A stretch of DNA of 64,000 nucleotides from Marsupella aquatica (lineage: Eukaryota > Plantae > Marchantiophyta): positions 7,939,241 to 8,003,240 of the forward strand of contig OZ316899.1 of NCBI GenBank assembly GCA_973895155.1. Reading direction: 5' to 3'. This document shows positions 10,457-22,824 of the stretch, piece after piece. A program made the translations under genes and the position numbers. The notes below the pieces were generated by a model. That model saw only the letters and a program-made list of their open reading frames with translations. It made no database searches and had not been told where the DNA came from. Each line of letters starts with the position of its first letter. The stretch's first letter is position 1.

Positions 10457-10632
10457 ATACAGAGGTTTACACCTCCACTACGTACATACCACCTCAGTTG
10501 CTTTTTCTTGGCACCTGTGAATGTGATTGGACTTTTTCTATGCATGTTGGTTGCTAGCAGCTTGCACATATGCATTGCCGGTGACTTGTATGTTTTCGAT
10601 ACACTATGGCTACGATACTATATGTCACGACA
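10457..10632 (+). repeat. Repeat B2 (176 bp) of element A
   Basis: Direct copy of 9917-10092 abutting A2 with no spacer. Confidence 0.95.
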
Positions 10633-11761
10633 ACGGGGGTTAGGGTGGTCAAAATTGGTAAAGGTAATGGTGAGTGCAAGCTGTGTCCTGGAACACTGGA
10701 GACTATTCCACACTTGTTCATGACCTGACAACATGCACAGCGCTGCTGGCAGCTCTATTCTCAAAGCTTTGAGGGCATAGTTGCGGATTATTCTGTGGGG
10801 TTGTGTGGGATGATAAATTTTACGGTGGATAAGGAATATAGGAAGGTAGTTAAAATGTGTCTTATACCAGATATTGTGCATGATATAGTTGGGACATAAT
10901 GAGCATATGTTCAAGCAGGGCGGGGCCCAGAGGTTTGATATTTGATTTGCTCTCAGAGGTGGTGGATCATGTCACTACGGTCGGGCTTACACTACCAACG
11001 AGTAACAGACGGACTAGGCTGCTGCGGGTGAAAGAGATTATAAATGAAGAGCGGCTCACATGGTTGAGGCGTTGGGACTGCTAGATCACATCAAGGTAGT
11101 GTAGGAAAGATTGAATGTGGGATAGTAGGCTGGCTAGGTGGATGGATTGTTGTAGGATAAGTCTGTTATGGTAGTCAGATTGGTCTCTTGTGCCTGATGG
11201 CTAGTAGGAATACATGCTACGGGTGCTGTTGGTAAGCCAATTGCATTTGAGTCACGGAACTTGACTACCTTAACACTTAGCTCCGGCGTCACTGACTCCG
11301 ACGCCGAGCTCCCTTATGGTCCAGGCCCGGATAGGCCATCCGGGGAGGACTTAGCATGGGGAGACTTGTGGGCAATGAGACGTGGCACTAGCGAGGCAAG
11401 GAGCCAAGCTAGGGACATACACTAAGGACTTGGACTAGCTGATAGCTGGTCGGGTCAAGGGGAAATGGGCCGGGCTCAAGGATGGCCATCCGGACCTCCG
11501 GATGGACTTTGAGTTCTGAGGGCTTGAGTGTGAGCTCCTCTTGGGCCCAAGGCCCATGGAGTTGATGCCATGGGCAACGGACGCTTGGGGCGCAAGTTAT
11601 GGCCCAATCCGGGTTGGGCCGGTCGAGGGGCCCAAGTAGCAATGAGACTTGAGGGCCTAGGCATGAGCACTGGGTCAGCCCGATCACAATGGGCTAAGGC
11701 ACTCCACTTGCAGATGCCTAACAAGAAAGGTATGGGCGTTGGCAGTTGGTGGTGCGCCCAT

Positions 11762-12573
11762 TGTCGTGCCAAAAGATTTCGGCTCAGGAATGGCTTTTAT
11801 AGGGGATGATGGGCGAGGCCTCTCGGTTGGGTTGCATGCATGCTGACTTGGAGGGGCTGCTTGGTTGGTTGGATTGAGGTTTGGTGATTGGGTGACTCAT
11901 CGTCACCAGGTTTAGTGTTTGGGTGAGTCACCAGGCTTGGAGTTTGGATGAGCCTCGCTGATGGCAGCTGGCTCAGGCTGGATGGTCGGGTTTCTGATGC
12001 TACTTAAGACTTGAGCCTTGGCTCATTGAGGTTGGCGGTTGTCTATTGAGATCTGTTGAGTTGCGTTCTGTGAGTTCCGCTCCGTTCTGCGGAACTCGAC
12101 TGCTGTGCAGCGGTTTTGGAGTTCTGGGCAAGTGTTGGATCCAGGTGTGGAGTTTTTGATCCAGGCGGGGATTTCTCAAGTTTGCAGTCTCGTCAATCCA
12201 GGCGAGGATTTCTCGAGTTTGGAGCCTCGTTGGACCAGGCCCGAGTTCCGTGTGAGCTATTTTAGACTAGTGGAGTAGCTAGTCGAGTTTTGGTTTTGTG
12301 AGCTAAGGAGGATAGTTTTTCCGTCAGATTTTTGAGTAGGTAGTCACTCGAGGAGTTCTACTCGACAAGTTAGAGGTAGCGGCCTGCCGTAGGGCCAGCT
12401 ATCAGACTCTTGCGGGCAAGCTTACTCGAGGGCACCTATTGTAACCTTTGTGAGAAAAGTAAAAAATATAAAAGAGTGAGAGTTTGCTCCGAAAAGTGCT
12501 TGTTGCCTGTCCCAATCACAGCCATAAACGCGCAATTTTCCCGAGGAGCCCCTAACTTTAAGTCCTCGCGACA
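11762..12573 (+). repeat. 5' LTR of element B (812 bp)
   Basis: Direct repeat of 18433-19279; contains ~35-bp GATCCAGGCG tandem units. Confidence 0.95.
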
Positions 12574-12574
12574 T

Positions 12575-12592
12575 TGGCGACCATACTGGGGA
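12575..12592 (+). promoter_or_regulatory. tRNA primer-binding site of element B (Arg-like, tentative)
   Basis: TGGCGACCATACTGGGGA one base after the LTR end. Confidence 0.75.
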
Positions 12593-12615
12593 TTCCTTGG
12601 GGCGATTGGATGAGA

Positions 12616-15600
12616 TGGATGACTATGACAAAGTTGATCGGATCTGGAGCATCGTCATGTCGATGATGAGAACCATAAGGAAGGAAGAGCTTGAGGCAGA
12701 AAGGGCGAATAGGGAAGCGAATAGAACTACTCGGTGTCTCCAAGAGGTTCTGAAGGAGAATGGGCAATTTGATGGGAGAAATGTGACAAGCTACCTTAAG
12801 TCTTACTTGACAGAAGCAGCTGTCTACAAGTTGGACGAAGGGACGGCGGTGAAAGAGTTCATGGTGCTGGTTGAGAAAGAGTTGAGTTTGACGGTGCGGA
12901 CCATCGTTGAGTCAACTGAGGGCTGGGATGACTTCGACCAGAAGATGAAAGAGGAGTTCCAAGCGGAGGATGTTGATTGGGTCACGCAGGCTACCTTCTT
13001 GGATTGGGTGAATGATAGGAACAAGAACCTGAAGGGGCCGCAAGAGCTCCTAAGGGAGTTCAAGAGAAGGGTGTCTCAGTTACCAAAGCGGGATGTGGGA
13101 ATCATAGAGTTGCAGCGCTCAATGCTCTTCTTGAGGGCAGCCGATGAGGACCTTTGAGAGGAGCTTGAGAACGCAATGGAGCTGCTGGAACCTTCGAGAG
13201 TTACCTTGTCTAACAACTGGAACCAAGTTGAGAAAGCGGTGTTGAAAGTGAGCAATCGACACCGGCGGCGAGAGCTAGACAAGGAGGCTACCACTCTCGA
13301 CCTAAGGCCGCCGGAACTGATATTGAGGAAAGGGAAGCGAGAACCAGTGAAGGATGAGATCAAACCATTGATGGATGATCTCTCGGAAATGATGCAGAAC
13401 CTGAAAATCTTGGCGGCACATGCGGTCGAGAATCCAAAACCGAGGGTTGCGAGTGCTCCCGAGAGGAAGCAAGAGATGCAGAGTTGGCCATGCATGTGCT
13501 GCCACAGCAAAGAGCATGACAAACGGGAGTGCTTGGACCTGAGGGAAGCTGCGGATAAAGGGTTGATCAAGTTCATTGGTGAAGTTGGTCAGAAAAAGAT
13601 ATCGTTTGCCAATGCTGAAGAGTCGATTCCATTCAACTCCAACAAGGGAGGCATGAAGGATTTGGCTGAGAAGCGAGTCAAAGAGGCGTCCTCTTCACAC
13701 CCGGAAGCGAATGTTTACAATGTGGAGTTGGATGGCCCCGTGACGGAAACGGACAAGTTTTACAAGCGCTTGGCGGATCTGGTGCGAGAGAGATCCGGAT
13801 GGAGTGACCCGGTGCTGATCAATGCGATAACGGTTGAGGTTGGGGCTAGTTGGGATGCCTCGGTCGAGTCAAAAAGGAAGAAAACCGACAAGGATGACAC
13901 TCCGTCTCAATCAAGGGAACGAGAGAGGCGGGATACTTGAGACAAGGAGAGAAGGGTTAGGTTTGAAGAAGAGGAAATGAGCAAGAAAGAGCCGGAGAAA
14001 GGGAAACCGAACAGGAAGGACCCAGGCTGGGTGCTTGGCAGGGATGTGGACCAGGCCATGTACCCGGAGGTTGTAGCTGAGAAGTTTTGGAGCCAATTGG
14101 CTCAAGGGTTTACCAATGCTGAGTTCTTTGGCAGTATGAGGCGGGAGATCCAGGAAGCAATCTTGGAGAGATCCAAGAGGAAACAGATTTACAAAGAGGG
14201 CCCTCACACCTTGGCGGGGGAGGATGGCGAGATGGAAATTGGGAGTTTCTGAACTTACACTGCTGGGGCGTCCATGGGTTCAGGTAGTAAGCTTGCTGGC
14301 CCCGAAGAGTCAGACTTGGAGAAACCAAAGAGGGTCAAGTCCCTTGAAGAGGAGCTCGTGAACTTGGACGATGAGTCCTTCGAGGCGGAAGAGGAGCTCA
14401 TGGGAACCAGAAGCAAAGCTGAGTCTATGGCAAACAGGGACCCGACTAAAGGGGAAGAATGAGAAAGCATTACTGCGCTGTCAAGGACCATTCATGTCAT
14501 GGGCTCAATGAAAGGAAACAGTTATGCTTACCGAGATGGATACTGGGCTCGAGCAAGTCCGGAGAGTGAGTGCCAGTTGGAAGGAATGGAAGGCAAGGTG
14601 CGGGCGCTCATTGATACTGGCTTGGAGATCAACTTGATGGATCCAAAGGTGTTTCAAAAGGGGAATTGGCCGGTGGATAATGAGTTGCTTTGGAGTGTGA
14701 ACTCGGTGAGTTCAACGAAGGACTATCTTTGGGGCGGATATCCAAATGTGATGGTGAAGTTCGGGAATGTCAAGCAGGCTTGTAACATTTTTGTTCATGA
14801 GCACTTGTCGTTTCCGGTGATACTGGGCATGCCGTTCATCACTGAATGGAGGATGGAGACGAAGGTTCTGGATGATACTACCTTCATGGTGAAGGTTCGG
14901 AGCAAAGATGGGAAAGAGGTGGTTCAATTTCTGGTTGTTTTACCTGGAAACGAGAGGAATAGGAAAGGGTTGAGGACTGAGAGTGCCGATGCTGGTCTAG
15001 GTCCGGAAAACAACTTGGCACTTCGCTGAAAAGAGTGGATCGGCGGAGTGCTCGTTCCTTAGCTCCTTGTGAAGGGGAAACACTATGGATAATGGGGAGG
15101 AAGAGCCACTCAAATGTGCGGAGTCTAACTTGGGAAGGGACAAGCTGGAGAAGGAGTTGGAAAGGCAGTACTTGTCTATGGCCGTGCTTGTATACTCAAG
15201 TACCAAATACAAGACGGTTGACAAGAAGGTGAGGCCGGCGGCGATACCTTTGCCGGACGATGCGATGGAGGTTATGGATCGAGCGAGATTGGAACCAAGG
15301 CTGAGGCCAACTGATCGGATAGGGCATAAGTTTACTCAAGAGAGTTTGGCAAAGCTTAAGATTGGTTCGGATGGGTTACTTACAGAGGTGGAGCAAGTGG
15401 CATTTCAAAAGATGATAATGGAGCATGGCAAGGCATTCTCATTTTTGATTGAGGAGATTGGTTGTGCGGATCCGAGTAAGGTGACGCCAATGGTCATCTT
15501 TACTGTCCCTCATGTTCCGTGGGATCTGAAACCAATTTTGGTTCCACGGGCTTTAGCTCCGAAGCTTGCAGAATTGCTTAAGGAGAAGTTGAGTGCTAGG

Positions 15601-18293
15601 ATTCTCGAGAGGTCTGATGCTCCCTACTCGAACAAATGGTTTACAATGAGAAAGAAGAATGGAAGCTTGAGGTTCATTTAGGATATGCAACCTCCAAACA
15701 AGGTGACCATAAGGAATATGGGAGTTGGGCCACTCGTGGATGAGTTTGCAGAAGAGTTCGCTGGGAGGGCGATCTACTCCATGGGTGATTTGTTTTTGGG
15801 TTACGACCAGTTCCAGTTGGCGCAAGAGAGCCGAGATATTACGACTATGAGGACCCCGCTAGGCCTCTTGAGGATGTGCACTCTTCCTCAAGGGGCGACG
15901 AACTCAGTACCGCACGTGCAAAATGTGATGAGTAAAATCTTGGAGTCGTTCATTCTGGAAAAACCGAGACCATTCATTGATGATGTCCCGATAAAGGGGT
16001 GCTTGGTTGAAGGGAAGGATGAGACCATGAGGAGTGATGGGATCCGACAGTTTGTTGTGGGATCACATTGCTGATGTTAAGGCAGTTCTTGAGAAGCTGA
16101 TTGATGTGGGAGTCACTCTTTTGGGGGAGAAGTCTGAATTCGGGATGAAAGAGGTGAAAGTCTTTGGGCAAATGTGCGGATCTTATGGAAGGAAGCCGAA
16201 CATGGATAAGGTGAGAGCTATTAGCGAGATGATGGATTGCAAATTGGTGCCGGAAGTTTGGAGGTTTATGGGTGCTTGTGTCTTTTACAAGATCTGGATC
16301 CCTCACTTCTCGCACCTGGCGGACCCGCTCTATGAGCTGTTGAGGAAAAAGGTTAAGTGGAGATGGCTACCCAAGCATAGTGAAGCAATGGCTAAGCTTA
16401 AGAGCGCTCTCATGAGCCCGCCAGTTCTCCGAGCTGTGGACTATGAGAGCGGGCAACCACTGATCATGATTGTTGATGCGAGTCTGTTTGCAGCCGGGTG
16501 GGCTGTTGGGCAAGATGACGAGAATGGGGACAGGTATGCGATCAGATTTGGGGCAATTTTTTTTACAAAAAGGCAAAGGAGATATGCTCAAGTTAAGAGG
16601 AGCTTTGGGGTGCCAAAGTGGCACTCCATCAGGAGAGGAACTATTTGATTGGGGCACCGGTGGTGGTTGAGATTGATTGCCAATTGCTGCTGGGGATGAT
16701 TGCGAATTGTGACACGCCTGACATAGCAATGCTCAGGTGGATTGCTTTCATTTGGATGTTCAACCCTGAGCTAAGTCACATTGCAGGAAAGGATAATCCG
16801 GTTGCCGACATGCTGTCAAGGGCAAGATTTGGAAATGAGGTAGTAACGAGAGTTGGCAAGGTGACTGGAACCGAAAGTGTTGGAAGTCTAGAGTTCAAGG
16901 AAGAACTCTACTCGGGAGAGTTGCTGGATATTGGGCGTTATATTAGCACTTTGGAGAAGCAACCAGAGTGGAGTTACCAGGAGTTTGTCAAGATCCGAAA
17001 GAGATCTTACAAGTTCCTATTGAGGGAGGGCTACTTGTGGCGAAGGCATAAGGACCCAAATCAGTTGTTGCAGAGGTTGTGGATACTAAGGATGAGAAAG
17101 ACCGAATTCTCAAAGAGTGCCATGATGCTGACATGGATGGGCACAAAGGGGTGCATTTGACTTACGAGAGGGTTCGGAAGCTGTACTGGTGGCCAGGTTT
17201 ATACTTGGCCGTTCGAGACTATGTCGAGACTTGCGAGATTTGCCAGTTTTACTCGAGGATCCGACATGGGGATGGATTGGTTCCAACTTACCCCGTGGCT
17301 CTACACTTTCAATGGGCTGTTGATGTGGTGTACATGCCGAGAGAGAGCAATGGGGCGAGATACTTGGTTTTGGTGAGAGAAGACTTGTCTTCTTATGTGG
17401 AAGGGAGAGCGTTGGTTTCGAACACTATTGCTGCCGTTTGCCAGTTCATACTTGAGGATATCATTGCAAGGCATGGGTGCTTTACAAGGATCAGAGCTGG
17501 TAGGGGGGATCTCAGCTCCAAGGAAGCGCAAGAGTTTTTTGACCAATACCGCATCAAACTGAAGCTGACTTCAAGTTACAATCCGGAAGGCAATGGGAAA
17601 TCTGAAAGGGGGCACATCCAGATTGTGAGCGCTTTGGCTAAGGCTTGTGATGGGGACTTGGGCAGGTGGTCAATTCTCCTTCCACTTGCTCTGTTAGCGG
17701 ATCGGATGACTTGTAGCTCAGTGACCGGATACGTTCCGACTGAGCTACTTGCTGGGCACTTGCCAATGATGCCACTCGAGGAAGATGTTTGCAGCTGGCG
17801 ACTGATTGGATGGAATGATGAAGTTTCAAGAGAGGAGTTGCTGGCTCGAAGGATCGAACACTTCAACTTGTTACCCGCAAAGACTGAGGTGGCTCGGAAG
17901 CAATTGAAGATGGCAAGGTTAAGGAACAAGGGCAGGTTCGACAGGACTCATCGGTTGAGGCCTGTCTTGGTTAAGGATTGGGTTCTGGTTTACAAAAGTA
18001 AGTTGGACGAGCAACACTTGAGCCGAAACAAGTTTTCTAGGAGGTGGCAAGGTCCGTATGTGGTGGTTGTTATTCATGCAAATGCGACCTACACTATTCG
18101 GGAGTTGGATGGAACAGTTCACCAAGTACCTTACGCAGGGAAAAGGGTGAAGATCTTCAAGAGGAGGACCAAGAAAGGAATGGACTCAAGTTCTGACTTG
18201 AGTGAATTTGAAGATGAGGCACTGGTCCAGGCGCATCCGTTAGACTTGAGTTTCAAAAGTGGCTTGACTGGTTCTTATACGGATGGTTCCTAA
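12616..18293 (+). pseudogene. gag-pol of element B, broken by several stops and frameshifts
   Basis: FDGRNVTSYL gag start, CMCCHSKEHDKREC knuckle, ALIDTG protease, LPQGATNS/FIDDVPI RT, IVDAS RNase H, H..H..CEIC and NGKSERGH integrase, RRWQGPY. Confidence 0.92.
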
Positions 18294-18432
18294 GGCCGAG
18301 TCTGAAGGCTTTGGGTTTGAGTTTCTTGAGGAGGAAGTGGTCCAGGCGCATGGCTCGAGTTTGGACTCAGACTTAGAGGAAATCTGATGGATTGGAGCAG
18401 ACTGGAGGCTGCTAAGGTTTACTGGGGGAGGA

Positions 18433-19279
18433 TGTCGTGCCGAAAGATTTCGGCTCAGGAATGGCTTTTATAGGGGATGATGGGCGAGGCCTCTCGGTTG
18501 GGTTGCGTGCATGCTGACTTGGAGGGGCTGCTTGGTTGGTTGGATTGAGGTTTGGTGATTGGGTGACTCGTCGTCACCAGGTTTGGTGTTTAGGTGAGTC
18601 ACAAGGCTTGGAGTTTGGATGAGCCTCGCTGATGGCAGCTGGCTCAGGCTGGATGGTTGGGTTTCTGATGCTACTTAAGACTTGAGCCTGAGCTCATTGA
18701 GATTGGCGGTTGTCTATTAAGATCTGTTGAGCTGCGTTCTGTGAGTTCCGCTCCGTTCTACGGAACTCGACTGCTGTGCGGTGGTTTTGGAGTTCTGGGC
18801 AAGTGTTGGATCCAGGTGTGGAGTTTTCAATCCAGGCAGGGATTTCTCAAGTTTGGAGTCTCATTGATCTAGGCGGCGATTTCTCAAGTTTGGAGTCTCG
18901 TCGATCCAGGCGAGAATTTCTTGAGTTTGGAGCCTCGTTGGTCCAGGCCCGAGTTCCGTGTGAGTTGTTTTAGACTAGTGGAGTAGCTAGTCGAGTTTTG
19001 GTTTTGTGAGCTAAGGAGGATAGTTTTTCTGTCAGATTTTTGAGTAGTTAGTCACTCGAGGAGTTCTACTCGACAACTTAGAGGTAGCGGCCCGCCGTAG
19101 GGCCAGCTACTAGACTCTTGCGGGCAAGCTTACTTGAGGGCACCTATTGTAACCTTTGTGAGAAAAGTAAAAAATATAAAGGAGTGAGAGTCTGCTCCGA
19201 AAAGTGCTTGTCGCCTGTCCCAATCGCAGCCATAAACGCGTAGTTTGCCCGAGGAGCCTAACTTTAAGTCCTTATGACA
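18433..19279 (+). repeat. 3' LTR of element B (847 bp)
   Basis: Direct repeat of the 5' LTR with one more ~35-bp unit. Confidence 0.95.
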
Positions 19280-22200
19280 CCGTTATGCGCGATAGGATCC
19301 GGGTTGGGGGCCAAATGTTTAGGGACCAATGCTTGTCCGGGGGTGGTAGGTCTCCAGAAGCATATACGAGGGGAGTGGTGTCTCCTTGGGGGCTAAAGGC
19401 AAGCCGAAGTCGTGAGCTAGCCGCGGCGGTCGTGACACTAAGGGAAATCGCCAAACGGAAATGGCGATATCTTCCCAACGGGAAGTCTGTTGGAGGACTT
19501 CTTAGGTGCATTGGAAAGCTCTCAACTGAGCTCAGCTGGGTCTGGGGGCGCCATGGGTTCTCATGGTTTGCGGGTGTTATCTTGCCCGCTTGCCAAATCC
19601 TGCCGAACAGCAACCAAGCCGTGTTCAGTCTCCCAAGGGAGCTTGCGTTGGGGAGGCAAGGCCAAGTAGGGGAGCTTGCGTTGGGGAGGCAAGGCCAAGT
19701 AGGGGTGGAGGCTGAGTTCCAAGGGTGCTTGGCCCCTAGACCATCAAAGAGGTGAACCGGGAGTGGTTGCTAGAGTCAAGGCCATTCTGGTCCCAGCGTG
19801 TTGGGACAAGCTTGGGACAAGCTTTAGGACAAGCTACGCTAATTAGGCCATGAGCATCTCCTGAGGTCAGGGCGGTCAGTTGGTGATGGATAGGTACGAG
19901 GGGGAACTTGGGCCGTGCCCAAGGAAGGAGCTATTTTGGACAAATAGTGGGCGTGGGTTCTGGTTCCGGCTTATGGCATCGGGAGGACCTATCGCTGACC
20001 TATTTACCGTCTGTTGAGCTTAAATAGGATGCTAGACTTGGCGAGTTCTAGATCCTGAAGGGTTACTTACCGAGGTACTTGGTTGCTTGTGCAGATAGGG
20101 AGGACCGTTGAGTAGCGGTCGTGTTAGAGAGCAAGTGCGACCTCGTATGGGAGGGGCTGTTGGCGGTGCAAGGGGCACTAGTTTACTTGCTCGAGGTATT
20201 CCGTGGAGGCGTTCGGGCACCAGGGGCACTTGGGTGTGAGTGCTGGGATTGGTGAGGGCGCTGGGTGGCGAGGTCCACCACTATTTGTGTGTGCTGGTGT
20301 TGGCTACGATTTGCAGTGCTGGATATGGTGGTTGCTTTTCTGTTTGTTTCCCCCGGCCATGGGGTTTGCGTGGCCCCGTAAAATAATAAAAATTCTAAAA
20401 TGTTTAAAGGAAAACAAGGCGGGCCAGGCATATGGCGGTCGTGAGCCGGGCACGGTCGAGGGTCGCAAAGGGGGAAATACACGGCAACCGACGACTGAAG
20501 GGCCAGGCACGAGACTAAGTGCGTAGAGGGGCAGGCAGTCGGGGGCAGCCAAAGCCATGAAGCGGCTATTGGCAAGAGGCAGGGCACACAAAAGGGAGGG
20601 CGCGGGGTAACGCCGGCGAGAGGGGGAGGGAGAGGGAGAGAAAAGGGCCAGGGTGTGCGCCGGCTGGCGCTGTGCAGACAACCAAGGTCGCGGCTACGAC
20701 CAACAATAGGGGGAGGGGAGGGAGTCGGTAGGAGGGCGGGGCCAGGTAGAACTTGTGTTTGTATACACACAAGGAGTGATTTAAACCCCTTTAAAACCAA
20801 AAATTTGCACCAACAAAGAAATTGGTTGGGTTACTCACAAAGCGACTCTCGTTTACACGAGAAAAAATGACAACTGCCAACAAGAAATGTTGTCAAATTT
20901 CACCAGCACACTCTACAAGCTCAGCAAAGGAAAAAATTCTGTTGCGTCGCACTCTCTCCGCGTCAAGTACCAATCCCAGACTCAAAATGATCACTTCGCC
21001 GTGATCTCTCCTGTAATTAGGTGATTATTCTATAAAAAAAAGTTAAAGTATCAAAATCATAAATTTTTAAATTTTTAAAGTTTTTATAAGACCCTTTAAG
21101 AAAATTTAAGTTAGTATAAGCTCAAATGGGTAAGGATACCATTGGAAGACGTCAAGGCTACGTACTCTGGTTTTCACATATTAGACGTCAAGACGGCAAG
21201 AAGTTGAAAGGAGCTTCAAAAATGAGGTGACGTCCTGGGCGGCCTCCTTGCAGGGATGGCAGGGACGGCCTCCTCACGAAGACGGCAAAGACGGCGCCGG
21301 CTTGGATGGCTTCTACACAGGGACGGCCGGGATGGCACCCATTTTTTGCCAAGGACGGCCGACTCCTTCCGATCCGGCCCGCATGAAAAACTCAAGGATG
21401 TCTTGGACGGCCTCCACATAGGGACGTCCGGGACGTCCACCCCGCCACAACCTTATGTGAAGTCCGCGCCGGCCCAAACCTTGTTCTCCATTTTTCTTTG
21501 AGGGACATCCATGGCGGCCGGCAGTAGGGCGCGAGCTTCAACCCTCAGTGCTCACTCGATGGACCACCATTTGAGCTCATTTCAATTGCTATAGGAGCGC
21601 AGCTGCCTAGAGAATGTTCACCCCGATTTTGAACTGCTATTGATGAGACGTTGAGGAGTATTGGGTCATCGATGCTCTCTGATTTCTTGGAATTGAAGAA
21701 ATTGCAATTTTGAGAGCTTCGCCTGATCAGAGCTCCTTCATTTCTATCTCTTTTCAGTTCATTCCTTCTCCCATAGTAGCGCAGCTACCTTAGATCCTTG
21801 AGATTTCATTCTTGAGTGTCACGTCGTCGGCTGCGGCCTTAACTCAGACTTCAGCTTAGACGGGCACATCCCTCGTAAATCTGAGGGTTCGAGCAAGAAG
21901 GGAAGCACGTAATGCACCTTATTCTCATAAACTAGCGCTAAGTGCGCATACTGCTAAATACAGACACCTCCTAGGTATGGTTTGTGTTCCACCGCCGGAA
22001 TGTACCTTAGTCGATAGCAGGATCGACCCCGGCTTAAGGGCTTCTAAGCCTTCATGCTGTCCGCCTTCGATCCGGATTCGATGATACAGGTCCTCAACCC
22101 GTGCTCGCAACCACTTACCCGCAGGCTGCACCCTGTGCACGTCTCGGGTAGTGCGTTCGGCCTGGCGCTGCCACCCATATACGAGAAACCCACACACATA

Positions 22201-22824
22201 CACGCACACATGCATACAATCTCGATTTACATGAAGGAAAATGATGGGAAAGGATTTTACTACAAAGGGAACATATGCGTACACTTAGTTGACCCGACAG
22301 CCCCGGAATGAATAGGTTCAAGGCCGGGGGTGCACACTACAACGGAGCCCGGCTCCGCACTCGCCCTGTGAGCTTAGTCCTACCCCCTCCCCTTGGTACT
22401 CTTTCATTCCCAGAGGTCGGGACTCCCCGCACATACCGCGGACGCCCAACTCTGCAAATAAAAACCCCCCCCTTGCCTCTACCGAGGGGTGCACTAAATA
22501 CTAAGGGACGAGGGACGGGGTGTCGTCTCGCCGAAGATTCGCTGACTAAGGTCCTAACTAAGCTGACAGTCAGGCCGGAAAACGGCTATATCTTATTAGA
22601 AGATCCTAATCTACGTAGGCTGGACAGCATGGCAGCGCTGCTGTACCTACGGCAGGTGCCTGTCCCAAAAGCCTGACTAAGCCAGTCCTAATCCTAATCT
22701 ATTCCTACTCCGCTGCTAATGCCTGGCACGCTTGCCAGACCCGCCCGAATGGGAGCGGCCATCCCGCTGCCTTCGAAGCCTGTTATTGTCCGCCTTGAGG
22801 AGCTGGACCTGGTCCAGCAGAGAT

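Larger units (their letters stand above)
600..10632 (+). mobile_element. Ty3/Gypsy retrotransposon (element A) encoding a DNA cytosine methyltransferase and a PHD finger, with split direct repeats A1-internal-B1-A2-B2
   Basis: Begins TGTCATG (600), ends CACGACA (10632), flanked by identical ACGG at 596-599 and 10633-10636; Gypsy domain order PR-RT-RH-INT. Confidence 0.95.
11762..19279 (+). mobile_element. Full-length but degenerate Ty3/Gypsy LTR retrotransposon (element B)
   Basis: LTRs 11762-12573 and 18433-19279 (TGTCGTG...GACA), PBS, PPT GGGGGAGGA, 4-bp TSD CCAT/CCGT. Confidence 0.95.
11250..20282. mobile_element. Family C solo-LTR-like unit (~1.5 kb net), copy 1, interrupted by element B
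   Basis: AGT...ACT termini, 5-bp TSD ATTTG (11245-11249, 20283-20287); inverted homologues at 32155-36176 and 38459-40809. Confidence 0.85.

Noticed and set aside
10095-10632. Reading A2+B2 as an ordinary 538-bp TG..CA 3' LTR
   Set aside because: The 5' end has only A, followed by the PBS candidate, and the PPT precedes B1 rather than A2; two separate rearrangements would be needed. Not fully excluded without other copies
19204-19755. 183-aa ORF with duplicated RELALGRQGQVG
   Set aside because: Spans the B/C junction and a 33-bp tandem duplication; not preserved in other C copies
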